Source: Mizuhopecten yessoensis
Lineage: Eukaryota
Direction: 5' to 3'
DNA length: 64,000 bases
Assembly: GCF_002113885.1 (NCBI RefSeq)
Contig: NW_018408878.1
Location: 964,032-1,028,031 of the forward strand
Shown here: positions 1 to 10,866 of the stretch, in pieces
Layout of the letters: each line of letters begins with the position of its first letter
Position numbering within the stretch: position 1 is the first letter of the stretch
Notes under the pieces: model-generated
Databases searched by the model: none
What the model saw: the letters and a program-made list of their open reading frames with translations, nothing else
What the model was told of the DNA's origin: nothing
Position numbers and translations under genes: made by a program

Positions 1-600
1 TATAGGAATAAATCCACACTATAGAAATACTTTTTGTCACATAAATTCTAAAGGTCATCATAAAATGTTAATATGCTGACAAAAAAATATTCATTTGAAG
101 CGTACGATACTGCAAAATTCAAGCCGTGATCCGATTTGGGTCCCGACATTCGCAAAAACAGGAGACGCTGATTGGTGACTTAGCTTCAGAGCGTTCTATA
201 AATATCTTAAGTGAGCCCCGGGTGCTTATTTCGTTTGTGAGAACACCCATCGATACCTATGTATATACATATTTAATCTTATTAGTGGTTAGTAAGTTGT
301 TTTGAGTGGCTATACTGATCTGTTGACACATTTATTTAATTAAAACTATTTTTGCAAAAAGTGATCCGATTTGGGTCCTGCCTAGATGTATAAACTGATG
401 AAAACTGGAAAAGGCCAGGCATCATATGATAAAGAAAATTACCTTGCGAACTATAGTTAACTCCAGTGCACATTTCTTTTTAACTCCAGTGCACTAGGCA
501 ACCAATTGCAAGTCAACCGAACTTTAGTACTTCTACAGGGCACTAGCCTAACCACCTTCAACAATTTGAAAATTAATATTAAAACAAATTTTATTCTCAC

Positions 601-956
601 CTTTTATAATCATAAGTATTTCCACTGGAACCAGTAATGTCCAGATAGCAGGCCGAAACACCCCTCTTTGCCAACGACTGCACCTGATCATGCATAATCG
701 AGTTCAAAGGAGTAGCGATTATCACGATCATTGGATCCGCCCTCTTAAATTTACCCTGCATTAGCCATGGCAATAGCTGGAATATAAGGCTTTTTCCAAA
801 TCCCGTAGGCACAACAACTATAGTGTCGTTGCCATTATAAAGTGACTCAAGAGCTTCCAGCTGTTTTTCCTTCAATTCAAAATCGATACCTAAAGCACGT
901 TTCGCTGCAGATAAATTCATTTGAAAATCGCTCTGAAAATCACCAAGGGCCGCCAT
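601..956 (-). CDS. First coding exon of a RecQ-like (SF2) DNA helicase, probably transposon-borne (AcademH-type); rest of gene not seen in this window
   Basis: Translation shows a RecQ-type Q-motif region (ELKEKQLEAL), Walker A (VVPTGFGKSLIFQ) and motif Ia (IIATPLNSIMHDQV). It starts at AAATGG and ends at a phase-2 donor AAG|GTGAG (600-596). Confidence 0.85.
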
Positions 957-1402
957 TTGTATACACTATGTGACGCGGTCGCTTCCGGCGGAGAAATGCA
1001 CCGATTTGCTGCATATTCATCCGCTTCATACATCCGAGTCTACGTTGGAAGGAACTGGAATCGGGGCGAGGTGTTCCGAATGTACAATACATAACACCTA
1101 ATTTGAATGAAACGAGAGGTGTTCCGAAAGTACCATGAGAGCCGATACAGAATTCCCCCAACACCTAGGTTCATGAAACCGTTCTCAAACTCAAACTCTG
1201 ATTATATGCTCAAACCAAATATCTTGTTCCTCGATGAATTAAGAACAAAACATATTTTGTGAAGAATCAGGAAAAATATTGAAGATGCTTCAAACCGAAT
1301 ATTGTTTTAAATGGCAACACAGGACATATTGACCGCATCGCATGATATAAGTACGTTTAAAGAAAATTCCCTTTAGCAAAGAATCCATGCTTGAGCACGA
1401 GA

Positions 1403-2069
1403 TAGTCTCGTTCAACCAGACTCTTTTTGTCTGCGCAAACTACGCCGAACAGAGAGTCTGGTCAAACCAAGTGATATTGTTTTGTAAAGTCATAACGAGG
1501 CTTACCAAAATTTTGGTAGATGATTTCATTAAGTCAGAATTTGAATGGCGCAAAATAACATTGAATATTTTAATTCAAGAAAAAACTTACCTGTACATGC
1601 ATTCCTGAAGTATCCTTGTTTTCACTATTATCGAGAAAAATGTAAGAAAATGCTTCAAATCTCAAGAATGATTTTATGCATTTTCATTGGATATTTTACA
1701 ATAATTCATGAAGCTAACAAGGCTATTGATACAAGTCAAGCCAGATTATCTGAGTGAGAACCTGTAGTGTTTTGAATGGTGGATCGGTAAAATCTCACTT
1801 GCTTTGCATGCTTTGTTCCAACCTCAGTCAGCCTTGTTGGCTTTGTGCTCAGTTATGATTTATTCAGTGGAAATATATGGCATTATTCTGGAGATTTTAC
1901 ACATTTTCTTATATTGTTCTCGATAATAGTGAATACACGGGTACTTCAGAAATGCATGTACAGGTAAGTTTTTTTCCTTTATTTCATTATTCTTTGAAAC
2001 GTTTTAATGGTGTTGACATAGCGTCCGAAAACGAAAGTAAAAAAACCAGCGTCTGGTTGAACGAGACTA
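1403..2069. mobile_element. Non-autonomous DNA transposon (MITE) with TAG...CTA termini, Academ/AcademH-like
   Basis: Perfect 19-bp TIRs TAGTCTCGTTCAACCAGAC (1403-1421) and GTCTGGTTGAACGAGACTA (2051-2069). GAGCACGAG is repeated at 1393-1401 and 2070-2078 (9-bp TSD, with one extra A at 1402). Subterminal hairpin ACCAGACTCT...AGAGTCTGGT. Confidence 0.8.
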
Positions 2070-2627
2070 GAGCACGAGCACGCTTTCATAGATACGAGCC
2101 TATGAGTCAAACAACTCGAGAGCTAGCGGTCCAAGCGGGATTTAGTGCACATGCGTGCTATATTCCATGTTCTATTTTGTTTTATTCAGTCACGACAACA
2201 TTCAGGTTTAAATTCGGTCGGTATGAAGTGTTTTAAGGGGCTTTGTCGGGAATTATTATGTAATAATGATGACAATACCCTAGCTTCATAGCAACCCGAC
2301 ACCCAGGGTGACCTCGGGTGAAGGCTGTACCTGTGGCTGTGTACCTGTAGACACGACAGGTGAGGCGAGTCTGTTCTGTTTCCCAAAGAGACTCAACTCC
2401 TTTTCGGATGGCCCTTATCAGTTATAATGCATTGATAAATGGGAAGAATATATATTTAAGTTGAAATCTTAAGTTGTAAAGTTGATTCCTTCAACTTTAC
2501 ATTAAGTTAATGAAATTATAAATGGAGTATTACTAAATTAAACTGATTTTGAAAATGTAAGAGTATACAATGTTGTAGCACTTCCCTAAATGCTATTGTT
2601 ACGCTGTGACGCATGACATTTGATGCA

Positions 2628-4030
2628 GCTGGATTGTAAGACGGATTGTTTGTGAGATGGCTTCATTGTGAGAGGGCTGGATAGTGAGACGGCTGTATTG
2701 TGAGACGGTTGGATTGAGAGACGACTGGATAGTGAGAGGGCTGGATTGTGAGATAACTGGATTGTAAGACGGCTGTATTTTGAGACGGTTGGATTGTGTA
2801 ACGACTGGATAGTGAGAGGGCTGGATTGTGACACGGCTGGATAGTGATAGGACTGGATAGTGAGACGGCTGGATCGTTAGATTACTTCATCGTGAGATGT
2901 CTGGATTGTGTAACGACTTGTGAGACGGCTGTATTGTGAGACGGTTGGATTGTGAGATGGCCGGATTGTGAGACGGTTGGATTGTGAGATGGCTGGATTG
3001 TGAGACGGCTGGATTGTGCGACGGTTGGATTGTGAGACGGCTAGACTGAGACGACATGATAGTGAGAGGGGTGGATTGGGAGACGGCTTGATCGGGAGAT
3101 TACTGGATTGTGAGATGACTGGATTGGGAGATGACTGGATTGTGAGATGACTGGATTGGGAGATGACTGGATTGGGAGATGACTGGATTGGGAGATGACT
3201 GGATTAGGAGACGACTGAATGGCTAGACGGTTGGATTGTGGGACGGATGGTTTGTGACACGGATGGTTTATGAGACGGATGGTTTGTGAAAGGGCTGGAT
3301 CGTGGGAGGACTGGGTTGTGAGAGGGCTGGATTGTGAGATGACTGGATTGTGAGACGACTGTATTGTGAGACGGTTGGATTGTGTAACGACTGGATAGTG
3401 AGAGGGGTGGATTATGAGACGGCTTGATCAGGAGAAAACTGGATTGTGAGATGACTGGATTGTGAGACGGCTGTACTGTGAGACGGTTGGATTGAGAGAC
3501 GATTAAAATGTGAAACGACTGGATTTTGTAACGACTGGATTGTGAGATGACTGGATTGAGAGACGACTAAAATGTGAAACAACTGGATTGTGAGACGGCT
3601 GGATTTTGAAAGGACTTGATAGTGAGACGGTTGGATTGAGAGACGACTTGATTGTGAGACGGCTGGATTGTGAGATGGCTGGATTGTGAGACGGCTGGGA
3701 TTTGAGAGGATTTGATAATGAGACGGCTTGGTTGGGAGACGGTTGGATTGTGAGACGACTGAATTGTGAAATGACTGGATTGAGAGACGACTTGATTGTA
3801 AGACGACTGAATTGTGAGATGACTGGATTGTGGAACAGCTGTTTTGTGAGACGACTGGATCGTGAGATGGCTGGATTGTGAGATGGCTAGATTGTGAGAC
3901 GGCTGGATTGTGAGACGGCTGGATTGTGAGACGGCTGGATTGTGAGATGGCTGGATTGTGAGATGGCTGGATCGTGAGATGGTTGGATTGTGAGACGGCT
4001 GGATTGTGAGACGGCTGAATTGTGGGACTG
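2628..4030. repeat. 16-bp minisatellite (GGATTGTGAGACGGCT)n
   Basis: Tandem copies are directly visible; the 16-aa periodicity of the spurious ORFs equals three 16-bp units. Confidence 0.95.
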
Positions 4031-4894
4031 TTAGATTCATACTAGGGCATATAGGCGTTATTTATTACACTGATTACACTGTACAGCAGTAGGACGGCCG
4101 ATGTATCAGTACCTTGATCGATGACACTTTATGCGTCCGTCACTAAATATGTAAATATTTCATACCGCCGATGTGTTACTGATATGGATCACATTAAAAA
4201 TACAAAATTCACACAAACAAAACTCAGCTTTAAAAGCTTATACTGACGAACAGGTTTTACCTGAACTAATCCATTAAATACTTTCTATATTTAGTTCAAA
4301 TACGTAATTATTGAAAGAAGCTTTTGACATTTTATGAGGGTGAATCAATGCCACTGGCACGTAAAACGTCATAGATGAAATCTTAACACCACGTGAATTG
4401 AAACATAACTTTATAATGAGTCAGAATAGATCAAGAATACAAGATAGGTAAGAAGCTTTACCGAGATTTGCATACATACAAACAGGAAGCATGAGTTCAT
4501 ATGAGTTATTATCACGACAAAACAGCTCACAAGAACTAATGTTTCTTGTCTATAGGGAAAACAGAGGCTTTGCATATGTGTTTTTTTTTATACATTTTTT
4601 GTTTATACATTTGTATCTATGACTTTTTCTTTTCTTGACTTTTCATTAAATCCTACTATAAACTAGGAACGAATTTGATATACACATTTTTACATGTACA
4701 GTTAAAAAAAATAAGAATATTAAGTTCTGAAAACCCGAAGGAATATAGGCTCTATCGTTCCCAGGGGTGTAGGATAGAGATATTCCACACAAGGGTTTTC
4801 AAACTAGGTCGACACTAGCATATCAGGGAAGATGACTCCGATTTGCTTGAAATGATGAAATCAGCGTTTGTATTTCATGAAAGTACCAGTATTT

Positions 4895-5035
4895 GATGTG
4901 GGGGAAAAACAATAACTCCCTACTTTAGGAGTATGGCAGAAAAAAATCATAGCCCTCGGAGAATGATTCTTAAATATCTGCCGCTCGGCAAAGCCTCTAC
5001 CTACACATTTAAGAATCTTACCCCTTGGATTGAGA
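4895..5035 (-). mobile_element. Fragment of a fold-back element family (related copy at about 16740-16935)
   Basis: 4895-4940 is a diverged reverse complement of about 16888-16932; central CTCGGCAAAGCCTC motif. Confidence 0.5.
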
Positions 5036-5154
5036 TTGTTCAGAGAACGTTAGTTGTCGCAACACCTGAAATATTGAATGACGTCATATTGTGTGATTTA
5101 AAACATGTTGCTTATGTTTTGTTATGTTGTAAGTATCAGCACAGATTATTAGTT

Positions 5155-5853
5155 ATCTCTGGGTAAGGAGGGGTCCGCGGGCTATAGACCCCGAGCCAAA
5201 GGTCCTAACCCAGAGATTTGTCACCCTGACAATCTTTTATAACTGTTTTTCTGCCTTTAAGTCATTTTGTGAGTTTGACTTAGACAGGTTGGGCACAACG
5301 GCGCATATATGGATTATGTTGAAAGAATGACGCCCTTTTTTGCTCCAGGTGTTTAAAAGAACTTTATGTGGTTTTGTTTTCACTTAATTTCCCCATCTTA
5401 GTAAAAAAAAATGTTACTCAAATGGGTAACTGTTACCCAAATGCAGGATTATTACTCATATGCGCCGTTGTGCCCAACCTGTTAAACTTGACAGCTATTC
5501 AAAATAGCCCCTACCGGACACCTTTTGGCTTTTCGGCAATATTTCGGACAATAGTCACAATACACAACTATCTTAGTAATTAGCACCCTACCGGAAACCT
5601 CATTGCCTTTTTGTTGAAGTTGCTGTCGTTTTAGATTGCGTGAAGGATATTTCATCCTATGAATGATTGGCAAACCTCGGACGCTTGTGTGTGTCGGACG
5701 CCATCTTTGGTGTCATGAAGAGAGATTCTAGTTTGAGTTATCTCCCCCTCGCACGTGCTTTTATAGACCCCGGCAGAGCGGGGTCTATCGAAATATAGAC
5801 CCCGGCAAGATATCCAATCAGAAAGAGTGTTACAAATTAAAAGGGTGACAAAT
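5155..5853. mobile_element. Non-autonomous element with terminal hairpin and internal complementary repeats (Crypton-like by architecture only)
   Basis: Hairpin 5155-5169/5203-5217; inverted ATTTGTCACCCT (5216-5227) and AGGGTGACAAAT (5842-5853); TATAGACCCCG at 5183, 5762 and 5794; hairpin 5763-5788. Confidence 0.55.
5285..5481. mobile_element. 197-bp MITE with 24-bp perfect TIRs, nested in the previous element
   Basis: CAGGTTGGGCACAACGGCGCATAT (5285-5308) and its exact reverse complement (5458-5481). Flanks TTAGA/TTAAA are at best an imperfect TSD. Confidence 0.8.
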
Positions 5854-6525
5854 AGTATTATGATCTATTCTTTTTAGCATGATTTATTAAAAGATCCTAC
5901 TTTGACATGAAAACCACATCGTACACATTTCTTAAATAATCAAAAAGACGTACAGATGCAAAACTGCAATACTGAATGTAAACATAAAATGACAAAACTA
6001 GATAGCTGATAGCAAAAAGGTCGAACGGAGACGGATTTACATAGGTACTATGTACTTGTTTCTGGATCCTTTTCTATACTTATAACCATGTACTATTGTA
6101 ATTTAACATCAATAAAATAAAGTTTAAACTAAAAAGGTCGAAGAAATATGTGTCAACAAGAAAATGCACCCATAGGTGGATGAATCATAGTTTATATGTA
6201 CCAAGCTCTCGTCTTTTTGTGTCAGCCCGTGGACTGTTACAGGTAGTGTACGGTTTCGTCTCCCATTGTAAAGGACTATTTAACAGTGACGCGGGTATGA
6301 AAAGAATCCTGCCTTCAACATTTAATAGCGTGTTTAAATGGTAAAAAGTTCTATATAAAACAAAATGACATACAGCATTTGCGTTATATTTTGAAACTGT
6401 ATAACATCCTAAATAGCATTGAAATGTTGGAGAAAAGCTGAGTGTTATAGTGTGCTATATGTGTCCTCTGTGTCGGAGAAAATCACTACCACGATCTCAC
6501 ATTAAGTATATTTGAGTTGTGAACA

Positions 6526-6530
<5 letters not shown>

Positions 6531-6598
<68 letters not shown>
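6531..6598. repeat. (CT)n microsatellite
   Basis: Pure dinucleotide run. Confidence 0.99.
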
Positions 6599-6599
<1 letters not shown>

Positions 6600-6899
6600 A
6601 CACTAAACTCAATTGAAAATATTGATTAAATAAAAATTTGCCATCTAGTATATATATTTTTTATTTTGTTATTGGTAAAAGGCTTTATATAATTATCTTA
6701 CTAAAAATCGCATCGACAACACCCGCCACATAAATCTAGGTCAAAACCACGTAATGTCACGTTCTCCCATCGAGATCTATGGTAATGACAAAATATCGAT
6801 GTATATAGTGTTTACACACGACGATGCCAGGTAAAACCTGAGAACCCTTGAATCTATTTATAGACTTGTCATATACCACATAACAACACCATGGTTATA

Positions 6900-7081
6900 T
6901 ATATAAACTTTATTTATTTAACAATAATTATGGGTCTAAGTGTGGGAGGAAACCGGAGAACACGTAGAAAACCCAAGTGGTCGGGCAGGTGACCCCGACC
7001 TTTTCACGTCCGATCGGGGAATCGAACCCCGCCCGCTTTGGTGAATGGCAACTGCGCTATCCACTGCACCACCCGACCACC
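6900..7081 (-). mobile_element. tRNA-derived SINE, family A (V-domain-like core), internally deleted copy
   Basis: Reverse complement of 14171-14413: A/B boxes, core and AT-rich tail. Confidence 0.85.
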
Positions 7082-8379
7082 ATGATTAACTTATGGTTAG
7101 CTTACAGACATTAGTATGTGAAGACTGAAGTATTTTACGTAACGGCGTCAACACAAAGGGACAAAAAATGGAACTTAAGAACACCAATGAGAGGCACCAG
7201 GAGGCCTCCGGAAGGATATTAAATTCAAGACAAATTTACAAATTTCTTGACCTAGTTATCTTTTAAGAATTCCAATTGGCAATTTCATTTGAATTTTTAA
7301 ATGTTTTTCCTTCAGGGGCCCCTCCATAAAGCGTGTGATTTCTGAAAAGATAATTAATTAAAGATAAATCTATCAACAGACGTTTGATAAAGAATACAAA
7401 TGAGTGATTGTTTTACTATTTTTATGATTTTCCTTTAGGAGCCCCTCGAAATAACGTATAATAAAACCGGCATGTCAATTGTAAGAGTTGTAGTAATGTA
7501 TAAACAAGTGGTATTAAATGACAATAATATCCATGTTTGTACGATATTATTTTCTATTTGCACGTGCCAGGGCGGGGCCTGGTCTAGGCCTGTTACATTT
7601 CTTGGACAACAAATATTATTTCATTAGCTACCTGTCTTCTATTCATGAGTAAGCTGATAGTTAAATAATGCTGTCAACCTATTCGGAACACTTTCGGAAT
7701 CAATATTCAGAAAGTCACAGTTATAGGCGCAATCGGGAACCCTCGGCACTTTCCGTAAACTAGAAAATACAACAGGCGAGCAGACGACAAAGTTTGGTTG
7801 TTTTGTTGTAGTAGTTAAAGGTGTTCTACGATGGCCGAATGCTCGGCAGGAAAATCAATGGTAGGTCGGGATATTTGAGACACACATTTTTTCCAAGTAT
7901 AATGTTATCTTTGAAAATGTGAAAGTCATGTGCATGACAACAAAACAGATTTTTTTTTTACCGAAAAAGCCCAAAACGTGTTTACAATTTGTCGGGCAAA
8001 CCAACATTGAATCACAGGTAATTTGCCCCGTTCGGCCATCGAAGAATTTAGTTACATTCACAACACAAAATGTTTCCCACGGTTTTAGTTTAGAATAAAT
8101 AAGTTTCTTTGGGAAAATTGGAAAAACCTTGAATGTACATACTTAACGTCTATACGAAGTGTCTTTATTTCATTTGCATTGTGTTATAACGCCGGGATAA
8201 AATGGCCAAAGAAAAGACAGTAAACATCACCACTGTGGGCAATAAACGTAGGTAACCTTTCAGAATAGAATTATTCTCGAGTCGCGAGCTACAAACACGA
8301 TCCGAGTTTGTGTGTTTTTAATGAGGTATATCAGGTCCACATCCTTGATCCTGTACAATTTGTTTAGCAATTTATTTGC

Positions 8380-8550
8380 ACTCTTGTTGGCCTGGTGGGT
8401 CTTAGTGTTGGAAGAGACCGGAGTACCCGGAGAAAACCCCACGCGGTCGGGCAGGTGACCCCATATACTTTTTCAAGTCCGATTGGGGAATCGAACCCCG
8501 GTCGCCTTGGTGAACGGCAATTGCGCTATCCACTGCGCCATCCGACCCCC
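8380..8550 (-). mobile_element. tRNA-derived SINE, family A
   Basis: Reverse complement of the head and core of the 14171 copy (GGTTCGATTCCCC B box, GGTTTTCTCCGGGTACTCCGG core). Confidence 0.85.
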
Positions 8551-9054
8551 TGGCATGTGCATGTGTCCGGTATGCCTATAGCTTTGATAAACGAGTTGTG
8601 AAAGGAAAAGTAGAACTTTTAGGACTTTTATGTAATAATAAAACAGATGAAATAAACAAGAAATAATCAACAAAAGTGCTCTGAGTGTAAAAAACCAGCA
8701 TGACTAGACAGGGATTCGAACCCATAGACTTCAAGTTGTTACACTGTCGTTCTGACCGATTCTAACATGACACGTTGTAGGAGTTGAGATCAACTTTTGA
8801 TAAAAATGTCGACACCACCAAGGATTTACCGAAAAATGACCTAAACTTCTAAAACATGTAAAATTACTCCGAACACCTTAGTTTAGGTCCAAATATAGAT
8901 GTTACAAATGTCCATGTCCCTATGACTTTCATCGGACAATTGAGTGACCAGCGAAGCGAATCAGTTGGAATTATCGATGTCGAAACCCTTAGTTGTTATA
9001 CTTGTACGAAATGACGAACCAACCCGTCGAGTCTATTCGGCTACACGTACTCGG

Positions 9055-9138
9055 TTTGGGTTGTTTGTGTTTTACGTCCTATTAACAGCTTTAGTCATTT
9101 AAGGACGCGTCCGGTTTTGGTGGCGGAGGAAGGCCGGT
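9055..9138 (-). mobile_element. 3' fragment of SINE family B
   Basis: Reverse complement of the CACGTCCTTAAATGAC...AATAGGACGTAAAAC tail seen near 52975-53030. Confidence 0.65.
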
Positions 9139-9925
9139 GTTCACACTGAGCCTTCAGTTTTGCTATGACCTATTCCAGGGGTGTAGAGAGCACAAGTGAG
9201 CGTAACCCCTGAGAGCGTAACTTTGAAATTGAAGTCGGGTGTCGTTTATCTGTAATCTTGAAAGGACAGGTATCGGCTTTACGATTGGTCATGTTCTTTT
9301 ACATGAGACCAATCAAATAGCTAGCTGCGTGCCTTCCATTTTGCTATGACATAAGCGTATACGTAACTCCTTGAGTTTTTGAGGATGACAGTACACTCGT
9401 AGACGTCTTACACCTTTGTGTACATACGCTTCACTGGTCATTTGTCTGATGAAGGTGACAGTACGTATGAGAGAAGTCATCGGAGCGTCACACAGCTGCC
9501 CTACATCATCATATCTGCTGTCACAACATGAAACTTATAACACCATAAAAACACAAAACACATTAAAAATAAACTTTTGACACCAAAACGACGACAAAAC
9601 ACAGATATATATTAAAATAGAGAATCGTGTAACACCGTACAAACTACAAACCCTGACTTGAGGTTGAAATACAAGACGTTGTGATATTACACAAATTAAA
9701 AAAACCAAATACGCATCAATACATTGAAATACACGACCTTGGTACAGCATATCAACAACAAAGTTTTTTCAAAATTAACACACATTTCAGTACGACCTTC
9801 TAACAAAATACTATTGCACAGTTTCAGTTTGGTAAGATTTGGTTTGATAGGGTTTAACATCCTACTAACAGCTAAAGTCGTTGTTGTGTAATGTACTGTG
9901 TGTATACACAGGCAACATTGGTTTG

Positions 9926-10062
9926 AGTGAAATTCACGTGAAAATTTTGATGTGAAATTCATGTGAAATTCATGTGAAAAATTCATGTGAAATTCTCGTG
10001 AATCAAATTTCACGTGAATTTCACCTGAGTTTCATGTGAAATGAGATTCCCGTGGAATTCAC
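9926..10062. repeat. Array of about 12-bp GTGAAATTCA(T/C) units, inverted in the second half
   Basis: Visible short tandem units with an orientation switch near 10005. Confidence 0.75.
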
Positions 10063-10460
10063 CTTCTTGTGATAGCGCGGATCTGATTCCGACTTTATAG
10101 TGCTACCTCAATGAAATACCATATCCAAGGCACCCACCACAGCATTCCGCCCGGTCCCATTATACTGACAACGGTTGAGTCAGTTATTGCCATTTTCCTA
10201 ATTATTAAACGATAAGCAGGGAATAACAACTACCATTTTAAGGACTTTTGTATTTCCCGGCCTTGGGACAAAACATATTGCCATCCTCACCTGAGCGAAG
10301 TTTAACGAGGTATCACCAAGCAGGGCGATAGCAAATAAAACAATCATATTTGCTAATCGTTAAGCAGGGAATAACAGCTACCATTATTAAGGACTTTGGT
10401 ATGTCCCAGCCTGGGGACAGAACACATTGCCTTCCTCACCTGGGCGAACGCTCAACATTC
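10062..10460 (-). mobile_element. SINE family C (Meta-domain-like) remnant with duplicated head region
   Basis: The - strand reads ...ACAAAAGTCCTTAAAAATGGTAGTTGTTATTCCCTGCTTA... twice, plus GTTGTCAGTATAATG. The 3' part matches 50820-50895. Confidence 0.6.
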
Positions 10461-10678
10461 AAGTAAAAAGTGAGGTGATGCCAAGCAAGGCGCTAGGATA
10501 TAGATATCCTGGATATCCAGGGGTAAGGTCTCAGGTAAAAAAAAACACACGACCAATCGCTAGGCTGATACCTGTCCTTTGAAGATTACAAAGGAGCAAC
10601 ACTCGACTTCAAAGCCAGTTTTACCGTTCCGTGACCGCGAAATTCTTTTGATGTACATCAAAGGATTGAACTAGTCGT

Positions 10679-10866
10679 AGTCCGTCTTTGCGTATTACAG
10701 AGTTATCCTCTCTTGTGAGCAGGTATTGATTATTACGTCATTTGTTTTTGAGAGTAACGTCATCAATTTTTGAGAAAACGACGTAATTTTCTCACACAAA
10801 CCAATGACGTAACAATCAATATCTGCTCACAAGAGAGGATAACTCTGCAATACGCAAAGACGGAAT
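10679..10866. mobile_element. 188-bp fold-back MITE, copy 1
   Basis: Long inverted arms TCCGTCTTTGCGTATT.CAGAGTTATC...GATAACTCTGCAATACGCAAAGACGGAAT; four copies in the window. Confidence 0.9.

Noticed and set aside
394-430. CTGATGA followed by a CTGG/CCAG stem, resembling a hammerhead
   Set aside because: No GAAA after the stem and no stem I or III.
443-555. Possible second helicase exon on the - strand (donor at 442-441)
   Set aside because: The translations I tried gave no RecQ motif Ib or DExH-like sequence.
2586-4040. Ser/His/Gln-rich ORFs of 82 and 157 aa
   Set aside because: They are translations of the 16-bp minisatellite.
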